Source: Lachnospira sp. UBA4285 (GTDB lineage: Bacteria > Bacillota > Clostridia > Lachnospirales > Lachnospiraceae). Taken from it: a stretch of DNA of 61,112 nt. This document shows positions 18,024 through 25,744 of the stretch, one piece after another. The notes beneath the pieces are model-generated. The model saw nothing but the letters and a program-made list of their open reading frames with translations. It had not been told where the DNA came from and did not search any database. Each line of letters starts with the position of its first letter. The first letter of the stretch is position 1. Both the position numbers and the translations under genes were made by a program. The stretch covers positions 1 to 61,112 of the forward strand of contig DGVL01000088.1 of the NCBI GenBank assembly GCA_002394965.1. The letters run 5' to 3'.

Positions 18024-18692
18024 ATGAAGAGTTTTCCGTTTCCTGACAGAGTACATTCCAGAGACGAACTTAAACGGGACGTTTTGTACGATAAAATCCC
18101 GGAAGAAGACAGAATTCCGATCTGTGACAGGGCGTGGGATACCGGCGCTGCGGCGGCAAGGCGTATCATGCAGGAGTACGGAGAACGCACTTCCATACAG
18201 GATATTGCTTCACAGTGCGGCCTTGTGGTAAAACGACTTGACAGAGATAATGTCGCCGGAAATATGCGCTACTTCAGCGAGTACTATGCGGGGCGGAATA
18301 CAATTTTTATGTATTCGGGTAGCATTGCCCGGTGGGCAGAAGAGAATCATTTCCCATATGACCAGGCGGAGGAACTGATTCTGTCTCATGAGTTTTTTCA
18401 CTATCTGGAACAGAACAAGATCGGTGAAACAGCGAAGCAGTATGAGGTGCCGACGGTAAAAATCGGGAAACACGTACTGGTTAAAGTCGGTGTCAGAGCA
18501 CTCTGTGAAATTGGAGCCCACGGATTCTCAAGAACATATTACGAAATCCGCAGGAATGTATCACTTAAAGATACCGGAAAGTATGTCAGGAATGCGGCGG
18601 TAGACATTAATTACTTTGAAAGGGCTGTATCAGCTGAAAAATTCCGCAAATTCCTATCCGGCATGACAGGTTCCGGGGCAATGAAAAAATAA
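18024..18692 (+). CDS. Hypothetical cytoplasmic protein with an HExxH zinc-metallopeptidase-like motif
   Basis: 222 aa. It starts 7 nt after the hydantoinase-like gene. Motif 'LSHEFFHYLEQN'. No signal peptide or TM helix. I recognise no other family. Confidence 0.5.
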   Translation: MKSFPFPDRVHSRDELKRDVLYDKIPEEDRIPICDRAWDTGAAAARRIMQEYGERTSIQDIASQCGLVVKRLDRDNVAGNMRYFSEYYAGRNTIFMYSGSIARWAEENHFPYDQAEELILSHEFFHYLEQNKIGETAKQYEVPTVKIGKHVLVKVGVRALCEIGAHGFSRTYYEIRRNVSLKDTGKYVRNAAVDINYFERAVSAEKFRKFLSGMTGSGAMKK

Positions 18693-18712
18693 TCTGCAGA
18701 AAGGCGAATCGT

Positions 18713-20074
18713 ATGGAAAAAATAACGACAGATATCTGTGTCATCGGCGGCGGTCCGGGAGGATTTTCTACTGCCGTCGTTGCGGCGAGAATGGGTAAAA
18801 AAGTTCTTCTGGTCGACAGAGCCGGTTTTATCGGAGGACAGCTCGGATCCGGACTTCCGTTCCTGGCTTTCTGGGATATAAAGAAGAGACAGGTGATCGG
18901 AGGCTTTGCCCAGGAATATGTTGACAGGCTCGAGGCAGTAGGAGCTTCCTATGGTCACGCATACTGCCCGCATCACCAGTCTACAACGCTGGTTCATCCG
19001 TTTTACTCCAGAATCATCTGCTTTCAGATGCTGGAAGAGGCCGGCGTGGATGTCCTGCTGCACTGTGAGCTCACCGATGTCACGGTAGAGAATGAAAAAA
19101 TCACATCCGTCGTCGTTACCGGAAAAGGCACTTCTATTGAGATTGACGCGAAAATTTTTGTCGACGGTACAGGGGACGGCGACCTCGGGTTCATGGCCGG
19201 CGCGGCGTATGAAAAGGGAAACGAGAAGACGCATGTGATGCAGCCGCCGACGCTGATGTTTAATCTGGGCGGTGTTGATTTTGACGAATTTGCCGACTTC
19301 ATTGCACAGCATCCGGAAGAACTGCCATATGATGTTCTGCCCAATATTGCGGAAGGGTACAATGCGGAATTCTTCCGGACGAACAAGAGCTTCATTTTCC
19401 TCGGGATGCACCATTTACTGGAAGAACTGCGCAAGAAGGGCGAGTGCCCGGTTGACAGAGAAACGGTTATTTTTATCCGGCAGCCGATTCCGGGCGAAGT
19501 CATGGTCAATACAATCCGAATCCTGAATTTTGACGGTTCGGACGTACGCAGCCTGACAAAGGGTGAGATCAACGCACATCTGCAGATTCCCAAAATTATG
19601 AAGATGTTCAGGGATCATGTTCCGGGATTTGAGAACTGCTATCTTGCTTCTATTAATTCGGCGATCGGAGTGCGCGAGACCAGACGGATCGTCGGTGAGA
19701 AGATGCTGTCCCATGAGGATGCGATTGCCGGTCTTAAACCGGAGGACTCCATTGCACTGTGCGGATACTTCATTGACGTTCACAACGGCGCGGGGCAGGG
19801 CACATACCGCGTTGTCATCAAGGAACCGTTTGGCATTCCGTACGGATGCACGGTGGCACGAGATGTCTCGAATCTGATGATGACCGGCCGCTGTATCAGC
19901 GTCGATCATCTCGCGTTCGGTGCGACCAGGCTGATGAACGAGTGCATGGTGATCGGACAGGCTGTGGGCGATGCAGCCTCCATGGCAATTGATGCAGGAA
20001 TCGCGCCGAAAGATGTCGATGTGAAGCAGCTCAGAAAAACGCTTCTGGAGCAGAAAGCAATCCTGCGTGTCTGA
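18713..20074 (+). CDS. FAD-dependent oxidoreductase (short paralog, core domain only)
   Basis: 453 aa. Dinucleotide fold 'DICVIGGGPGGFSTAVVAARMGKKVLLVDRAGFIGG'. It shares C-terminal core motifs with the three ~617-aa paralogs: 'VRETRRIVG', 'IPYG', 'LMMTGRCISV', 'GQAVGDAA'. Confidence 0.8.
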   Translation: MEKITTDICVIGGGPGGFSTAVVAARMGKKVLLVDRAGFIGGQLGSGLPFLAFWDIKKRQVIGGFAQEYVDRLEAVGASYGHAYCPHHQSTTLVHPFYSRIICFQMLEEAGVDVLLHCELTDVTVENEKITSVVVTGKGTSIEIDAKIFVDGTGDGDLGFMAGAAYEKGNEKTHVMQPPTLMFNLGGVDFDEFADFIAQHPEELPYDVLPNIAEGYNAEFFRTNKSFIFLGMHHLLEELRKKGECPVDRETVIFIRQPIPGEVMVNTIRILNFDGSDVRSLTKGEINAHLQIPKIMKMFRDHVPGFENCYLASINSAIGVRETRRIVGEKMLSHEDAIAGLKPEDSIALCGYFIDVHNGAGQGTYRVVIKEPFGIPYGCTVARDVSNLMMTGRCISVDHLAFGATRLMNECMVIGQAVGDAASMAIDAGIAPKDVDVKQLRKTLLEQKAILRV

Positions 20075-20097
20075 GCAGACAAATGTAGATTAAAAAA

Positions 20098-20132
20098 GCT
20101 CTGTTCCCGCAAGATGGGAACAGAGCCGTTTT
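20098..20132 (+). terminator. Rho-independent terminator
   Basis: Perfect 11-bp stem GCTCTGTTCCC / GGGAACAGAGC, 7-nt loop, then CGTTTT. Confidence 0.7.
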
Positions 20133-20148
20133 ACGGGGAGCAGGGATT

Positions 20149-20928
20149 ATGAGAATTCTTCTGATACGTCACGGTACACCGGATTATGAAAAGGATGTTC
20201 TGACGGAGGAAGGCAAAAAAGAAGCTGCGGCACTCGCTGCGCTGGCGCCAGAGCTGGATCTGGGGGAGTGTTATGTTTCACCGCTCGGAAGAGCGCAGGA
20301 GACAGCCTCGTACTGCCTTGCCGCAACAGGGAAAACAGCCACGACACTGGACTGGCTGCAGGAGTTTCCGACCGAACTGGACCTGAATGGGCATCCGCAG
20401 CTGCAGGAGGCCTATCCGGGAACGCAGGCCGACCCGGAAACAGGAATCTATCCGAAGCGTATTTTCTGGGGCATGCTTCCGTCCTACCTTTTTGCGCATC
20501 CTGAATATCTGGATCCGGCAGGCTGGAGAGAAACCCTCACGGCGAAGCAGTCCGACCTGATTCACCTGTATGACACTGTCGCAGACGGACTTGACAGCCT
20601 TCTTGCCGAACATGGATATGTGCGGAACGGTCTGCACTACCGGGTTGATAAAGAAAACAGCGGGACGCTGACCCTGTTCTGCCATTACGGTGTGAGCAGC
20701 GTGATTCTCTCCCATCTTCTCAACTGCTCCCCGTTCCTGCCCTGGCACATGCTCTGCCTGGCTCCATCCTCTGTTTCCGAAATTTCCTCGGAAGAGCGCC
20801 GGCAGGGATATGCGCTGTTTCGCGCTGTGCGCCTGGGGGACACGACGCATCTCACGATGGCCGGGCTGAAGCCGACACTAAATTCGCGGTTCTGTGATGT
20901 GTATCACAGCGATGTGCGGCATGACTGA
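20149..20928 (+). CDS. Histidine phosphatase family protein (phosphoglycerate-mutase-like)
   Basis: 259 aa. N-terminal 'ILLIRHGTPDYE' (RHG motif), 'SPLGRAQETA', and a later 'CHYGV' His. Confidence 0.8.
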   Translation: MRILLIRHGTPDYEKDVLTEEGKKEAAALAALAPELDLGECYVSPLGRAQETASYCLAATGKTATTLDWLQEFPTELDLNGHPQLQEAYPGTQADPETGIYPKRIFWGMLPSYLFAHPEYLDPAGWRETLTAKQSDLIHLYDTVADGLDSLLAEHGYVRNGLHYRVDKENSGTLTLFCHYGVSSVILSHLLNCSPFLPWHMLCLAPSSVSEISSEERRQGYALFRAVRLGDTTHLTMAGLKPTLNSRFCDVYHSDVRHD

Positions 20929-20971
20929 CATGAAGATGTGTTCTGGTGCCTGAGCCCAGAGAGGAGACAAT

Positions 20972-21856
20972 GTGCGGTTTTCAACGTCTACCAATATTTA
21001 CACGCGCAATGAGCGCGGCCCGTATTCCATTCCCATCGAAGAATCTGTCCGGGTGTGTGCGCAGGCAGGTTTTCACTATATTGATGCGAATCTCTGCGTG
21101 ATTGCGCAGCCGGGATTTAAAACCAGCATTCTGTGCGAGGATGACTGGGAGAACAGGATATGCCGCGTCCGGGATCTGGTGGACTGTCTGGGAGCTGAAA
21201 TCAGGCAGTCTCATTCCTGGTGGTATGCGAAATCGCCGATACCCTGCGAAGAACTGCCGGGAGGAAGTTTCGGAGAAGAGATGATGCGGCGGAGCATCCT
21301 CGCATCCGAAATTCTGGGCGTGAAGTGGATGGTCGTTCATCCGATTTCGGTAACGGAGAACGGAAAACGATCGCGGGAGAAAACGTTCGCCTATAATCTG
21401 CAGTATCTGGCCCGCTGGAATAAAGTGTGCAGGGAACATTCTGTTGGGATGGCAGTCGAGAATATGGTCGGTGTGCACGGCAATGAATGGGCCGATGTGG
21501 ATTTCCTGATCAAGCTGGTTGATGCACTGGATGATCCCAATGTGGGGATCTGTCTTGACACCGGCCATGCCAATATTTCCGGACTGGACGTGGCAGAATG
21601 TGTCCGCAAAATCGGCCCGCGCCTTCACGCGACGCATATCAATGACAACTATGCACGCGGAATGGATGAGCATCTTGCGCCGTTTAACGGGACGGTGAAA
21701 TGGCGGGAAGTTCTGAAAGCTTTGCGGGAGACAGGGTACCAGGATGATTTTGCGTATGAAATTCAGAACTACACCAACATGTATCCAAAGGAGCTTCAAC
21801 CGGAACTGATCCGCTTCACATACCTGCTGGGACAGTATATGCTGACGGAACTGTGA
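20972..21856 (+). CDS. Xylose-isomerase-like TIM-barrel protein (sugar phosphate isomerase/epimerase family), paralog 1
   Basis: 294 aa. GTG start 5 nt after GAGGAG. Motifs 'WMVVHP', 'ENMVG', 'GICLDTGHAN', 'LHATHINDN', 'FAYEI'. About 65% aa identity by eye to the 29445-30350 product. Confidence 0.8.
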   Translation: MRFSTSTNIYTRNERGPYSIPIEESVRVCAQAGFHYIDANLCVIAQPGFKTSILCEDDWENRICRVRDLVDCLGAEIRQSHSWWYAKSPIPCEELPGGSFGEEMMRRSILASEILGVKWMVVHPISVTENGKRSREKTFAYNLQYLARWNKVCREHSVGMAVENMVGVHGNEWADVDFLIKLVDALDDPNVGICLDTGHANISGLDVAECVRKIGPRLHATHINDNYARGMDEHLAPFNGTVKWREVLKALRETGYQDDFAYEIQNYTNMYPKELQPELIRFTYLLGQYMLTEL

Positions 21857-21953
21857 TGTGTTCATAATTTGCAAATCGCTGCGGTTTCATATTTTGCCCA
21901 GGATCTTATATTGAAGGATTTTCTGATACGAGCAGAGAAGGAGTTATTGTACT

Positions 21954-23189
21954 TTGGACATTGATGTCATGCAATACAGGAATAACACATTGCTTACCAG
22001 GTTCGTCGTGCCATATGGCACTGTGTCAATCGGAGCAAAAGCATTTAAAAATTGTGTAAACCTTAAAGAGATATCGCTGCCAGGCTCGATCAGAAATATT
22101 GATATGAAAGCTTTCCATAACTGTGTCAGTCTGGAGAAAATCGGTTATGCAGGGTCAAGAGAAGACTGGAAAAAGGTAGAAATTAGTCCGGTGGGAACTG
22201 AGTGCCTGCGCTCACCGGACTCTGCGCAGAATGAACAGGAGACGCTTGAAACTGCGCAATCAGGCGTGGGTGATGTGTACGCAAACATTTGCGCGCTTCT
22301 GCATCATCCGGATGGCGGATTTCACATAATTCCAGCGGATCTTATCGTGCCGGGCGTTTATGGAAAGACCGGAGACATGACGCTGCTCTTGTTCCCGAAC
22401 GGATGCACGATGCTGATTGACACCGGATACCGTGCGAACTTTCCAGCAGTACGGACTTTTCTGGAACGAACGCGCATCAGAAGTCTTGATTACATGGTTT
22501 TTTCGCACGCAGATCCGGATCACGTGACCAACGCCAGAGCAATCGGCGAATATCTGTACGCACATGGAGGCCGTATCGGGAGCTTTCTTTGGACAGGACA
22601 GAGGTATGGGCAGACCGTGGAGGATTTTAAGATATTTCTGACCAAACAAAATGTACCCATGAACTGTAGTATTCTGAGTGGTCGGGAATTTGTGATAGAC
22701 GGCGTTACGGTTTCGATTTTAAGTCCTGACAGGGAAGAGATTCGACTGCCTGCACAGGATGACAGCGTGCGGAACAATCAGTCTATGGTGATGAAGTTTA
22801 CATATGGGGAGGCTTCATATCTCACGGCGGGTGATCTGTACGAAGTGCAGGAGAAAAAACTCACTGAAAAGTACGGGCGAAAACTTAAGACGTCGGTGCT
22901 GAAAACCAATCACCATGGTGCGTACACTTCCAACTCTGAAGAGTGGATACATGCCACTGCGCCGCGGTTTGCTTTTACAGAGAACAATGACAATGGAAGT
23001 TCCGCGTTGGCGCAACTTTTGCAGAAAAATGCCATCCAATACGCCAGTACCGGATGGCAGGGAACTATGTTGATATCGATGTACAGGGACGGATGCTTGA
23101 AGATTTGCTCAGAATATCCGTTGGGAGAGCGCAATCTTCAGAGGATTGCGCTTCGGCCGGGACTGCTCATATGCGGATCTTCAGGATGA
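21954..23189 (+). CDS. Chimeric protein: N-terminal BspA-type leucine-rich-repeat segment fused to an MBL-fold metallo-hydrolase (ComEC C-terminal-like)
   Basis: 411 aa. TTG start 10 nt after AAGGAG. LRR-like 'IGAKAFKNCVNLKEISLPGSIRNIDMKAFHNCVSLEKIGY'. MBL motifs 'MLIDTGY', 'FSHADPDHV', 'KTNHHG'. No signal peptide. Confidence 0.6.
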   Translation: MDIDVMQYRNNTLLTRFVVPYGTVSIGAKAFKNCVNLKEISLPGSIRNIDMKAFHNCVSLEKIGYAGSREDWKKVEISPVGTECLRSPDSAQNEQETLETAQSGVGDVYANICALLHHPDGGFHIIPADLIVPGVYGKTGDMTLLLFPNGCTMLIDTGYRANFPAVRTFLERTRIRSLDYMVFSHADPDHVTNARAIGEYLYAHGGRIGSFLWTGQRYGQTVEDFKIFLTKQNVPMNCSILSGREFVIDGVTVSILSPDREEIRLPAQDDSVRNNQSMVMKFTYGEASYLTAGDLYEVQEKKLTEKYGRKLKTSVLKTNHHGAYTSNSEEWIHATAPRFAFTENNDNGSSALAQLLQKNAIQYASTGWQGTMLISMYRDGCLKICSEYPLGERNLQRIALRPGLLICGSSG

Positions 23190-23880
23190 ACTCATTGCGG
23201 AAGGCGGGGTAGTAGCTTTCACAGTACTCGACCAGGTCGTCATCAGAGTCCTGAACAGTCGAGTAGATGAAGAGTGCCATCGTCTTCTCCGGGATCTCCA
23301 TGAGATGGCAGCACCGGTTGTCGAGCTCGGCGATGTTGATGTGCTTTTCGATCCGCTTCCGGTAGATTCCATGTTCTGCAAGCGCCGCGTGGATGGATAT
23401 CTTTGTAAAGTCGTAATTCTGCAGGAAAAAGAGCTTTTTCGTAAAGTACGAAGTCGTCATGACAATGGGACCTTCCTGGAAGGAATTGTCAATGTACCGC
23501 ATCCGTGTCAGCTTGAGCACGGTTTCACCCGGAGACAGCTTCAGCATGTTCTGGACATGTTCCGGCGCCTCCATGAGGCGAAACTCGATGACATCACTCG
23601 CGGCCTTTTTTCCCCGTTTCTTCATCTCTTTGTCAAAACTTTCAATAAAGATCGTGGAGTCTTCCAGCTCTTTGGGCTTGGTGACATAAGTGCCCTTGCC
23701 CTTGATCCTTTTCAGATATCCTTCATTCACCAGGCGGGCCATGGCGGTGCGCACGGACGGACGGCTGATGCCGAATTGCTGAGCCAGTTCGATCTCCGTC
23801 GGGAGCTTCGTGCCCACCGGCCATTCCTCGTCCTGAATTTTTTTCATGATGTAGTGATATACCTGACTATGTAATGACAT
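23167..23880 (-). CDS. GntR-family transcriptional regulator, HutC subfamily (UTRA effector domain)
   Basis: 237 aa. wHTH 'LPTEIELAQQFGISRPSVRTAMARLVNEGYLKRIKGKGTYV'. Its 3' end overlaps the convergent upstream gene by 23 nt. It is divergent from the cassette B operon. Confidence 0.88.
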   Translation of the reverse strand: MSLHSQVYHYIMKKIQDEEWPVGTKLPTEIELAQQFGISRPSVRTAMARLVNEGYLKRIKGKGTYVTKPKELEDSTIFIESFDKEMKKRGKKAASDVIEFRLMEAPEHVQNMLKLSPGETVLKLTRMRYIDNSFQEGPIVMTTSYFTKKLFFLQNYDFTKISIHAALAEHGIYRKRIEKHINIAELDNRCCHLMEIPEKTMALFIYSTVQDSDDDLVEYCESYYPAFRNEFILKIRI

Positions 23881-23992
23881 ATATACTCCTCACTGTGACA
23901 CACGGCGATTGCAGTCACGAAGAAGCACGCCGGAAACGGTTTCTCTTTTGTGGATCTGTATGCAGCGCCTGCTCATCCTGGCAGGCAGATTC

Positions 23993-24004
23993 ATGTAATA
24001 ACAT
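23993..24004. promoter_or_regulatory. Candidate GntR/HutC operator, distal copy (ATGTAATAACAT)
   Basis: Exact reverse complement of the 12-mer at 24099-24110. It contains the GT..AC core typical of GntR operators (TGT-AATA-ACA). Confidence 0.4.
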
Positions 24005-24074
24005 TATAAGCCTATTATAAACTATAATTCACGAATCCGCACGCAAACCTTACAAAATATTTGTTTTATATGTA

Positions 24075-24103
24075 TTGACAAAATAATTTTTCGAGTCTAT
24101 GTT
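24075..24103 (+). promoter_or_regulatory. Candidate sigma-A promoter of the cassette B operon
   Basis: TTGACA (24075-24080), 17-nt spacer, TATGTT (24098-24103). Confidence 0.45.
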
Positions 24104-24110
24104 ATTACAT
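24099..24110. promoter_or_regulatory. Candidate GntR/HutC operator, proximal copy (ATGTTATTACAT), overlapping the -10 element
   Basis: 12-nt inverted copy of 23993-24004. It overlaps the TATGTT -10 hexamer. Confidence 0.4.
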
Positions 24111-24200
24111 ATAAAGTTCAAAAGTGTTATGAACAGTCGTGGTCAATCAGATCGTATTGTGTGCCGGAATGAAGATAAATCGGCAAGAAGGAGAATGTTT

Positions 24201-25646
24201 ATGAACAATACTGTAGTGAGAGCAGGAAGCGCTGTCCTTGCGGCAGCTATGCTGACAGGGCTGACAGCCTGCGGCAGCGGGACAGGAGGAGCCGGAACAA
24301 CGAAGGCGGCTGCATCGTCTTCCGGTGCAGCTGCGACGACTGCATCCGCCGGGGCGACGAAGGCAGCTGCGGGCAAGGAGAACACCGGGAAGACGATCAC
24401 GCTGAATCTCTGGGGCGGTGTCCCGGGAGAGTATGGGTATGACGAGATGGTCGAGAACTTCAACAAGGAGTTCAAAGACAAGGGAATCCAGATTGAGTAC
24501 ACGCGGTATAAGAATGACAGTGATGGCAATCTGCAGCTTGATACGTATCTTTCCAGCGGCGGCAGCATAGACATCTACATGGGATACGGCGGCATCTCAA
24601 GACTCAAGACTCGTGTCGAGGCCGGAACGGCGCTGGATATGACGGATTATCTCAAGACGAGGAATTTTGATCCGGTGCAAGAGCTTGGCGCGACCAATGT
24701 GACAGGCTATACGATCGATGACAAGTACTACGCTCTGCCGACAAAGTATGAAAACAAAGGCTGGATGGTCGTCAATGAGAACCTGTTCAAAGAGGCAGGA
24801 ATTGAGCTGCCGCTGAAAGGCTGGACATACGAGGAGTTCCGGGAAGCTGCCAAGAAACTGACCAAAGGAGACGGTCAGGACAAGACCTGGGGCATGTACT
24901 GGAATCTGAACACAACGCTGACTGATTCGACTGAATTTATCGCGTCACCACTGAAACAGTACCGGGTTTATACGGATGATGAAGGGACTTCAACCAATTT
25001 CGACAATGATCTCTGGAAGAAGGGACTTCAGCTGATTAAAGACACCTATGACGACGGAAGTGCCATGACCTATGAGACCGAGACAGCGGACAATGTGACG
25101 TTTGATCAGGTGTTCCTCGAGGGAAAGACAGCTATGTCGGCCGGTATCTACAATCTGAGAATTATCAACGATCTGGATACGTACCCGCATGACTTCACGA
25201 CGGCAATCGTGCCGTTCCCGGTTCCGGATGAGTCCTATCTGAGCGAATACGATTACTCCTACAGGCCGGGTGCCGGGGATCTGATCTGCGTGAATCCGAA
25301 GTCAGAGCACATCGAGGAGGCTATGGACTTCGTTCTGTGGTACATCAAAGGCGGTATGGCGCCTCTGGCAGCCAGCGGCCGCATCCCGCTCTGGAAGGGA
25401 TTCGACAGCGATCTGGTAACCAAGTCGCTCTGCGCAAAGGAAGGTGTCTTTGATCCGGAATCCGTAAAAGCCTATATGGCAGTCGACGGAACCAAGGCGA
25501 TCAAGTCCATCTCGACAAAGTATGACTCCAAGATCGGCGATGTCCGGAAAGAGGAGGAGCAGGCATTCCTTCTGGGTAAGGAAGATGTGGATACCTGCTG
25601 CCGCAATATGAAGACCAGAGCGGACGAGATTCTGGCCGGCGAATAA
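24201..25646 (+). CDS. ABC transporter extracellular solute-binding lipoprotein (cassette B)
   Basis: The ORF track starts at 24099. AAGGAG (24187-24192) favours the ATG at 24201 ('MNNTVVRAGSAVLAAAMLTGLTACGSG', lipobox LTAC) or the ATG at 24195. Ala/Ser/Thr linker. Homologous to the cassette C SBP. Confidence 0.85.
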   Translation: MNNTVVRAGSAVLAAAMLTGLTACGSGTGGAGTTKAAASSSGAAATTASAGATKAAAGKENTGKTITLNLWGGVPGEYGYDEMVENFNKEFKDKGIQIEYTRYKNDSDGNLQLDTYLSSGGSIDIYMGYGGISRLKTRVEAGTALDMTDYLKTRNFDPVQELGATNVTGYTIDDKYYALPTKYENKGWMVVNENLFKEAGIELPLKGWTYEEFREAAKKLTKGDGQDKTWGMYWNLNTTLTDSTEFIASPLKQYRVYTDDEGTSTNFDNDLWKKGLQLIKDTYDDGSAMTYETETADNVTFDQVFLEGKTAMSAGIYNLRIINDLDTYPHDFTTAIVPFPVPDESYLSEYDYSYRPGAGDLICVNPKSEHIEEAMDFVLWYIKGGMAPLAASGRIPLWKGFDSDLVTKSLCAKEGVFDPESVKAYMAVDGTKAIKSISTKYDSKIGDVRKEEEQAFLLGKEDVDTCCRNMKTRADEILAGE

Positions 25647-25660
25647 TGAATTGAGTTTGT

Positions 25661-25715
25661 GCAGAGGCACCGGACGTAGTGATGAAATGCACATACGCCG
25701 GTGCTTCTGCTTTTT
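25661..25715 (+). terminator. Intra-operon terminator-like hairpin between the SBP and permease genes
   Basis: 13-bp stem GCAGAGGCACCGG / CCGGTGCTTCTGC (one G-U pair), ~24-nt loop, then TTTTT. Confidence 0.55.
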
Positions 25716-25744
25716 CTGTCAGTTTTCACGAGGGAGAATTTAAC

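Noticed and set aside
23146-23874. 242-aa plus-strand ORF covering the GntR gene
   Set aside because: The minus-strand product has a textbook GntR wHTH and a UTRA-sized C-terminal domain. The plus-strand translation has no features.
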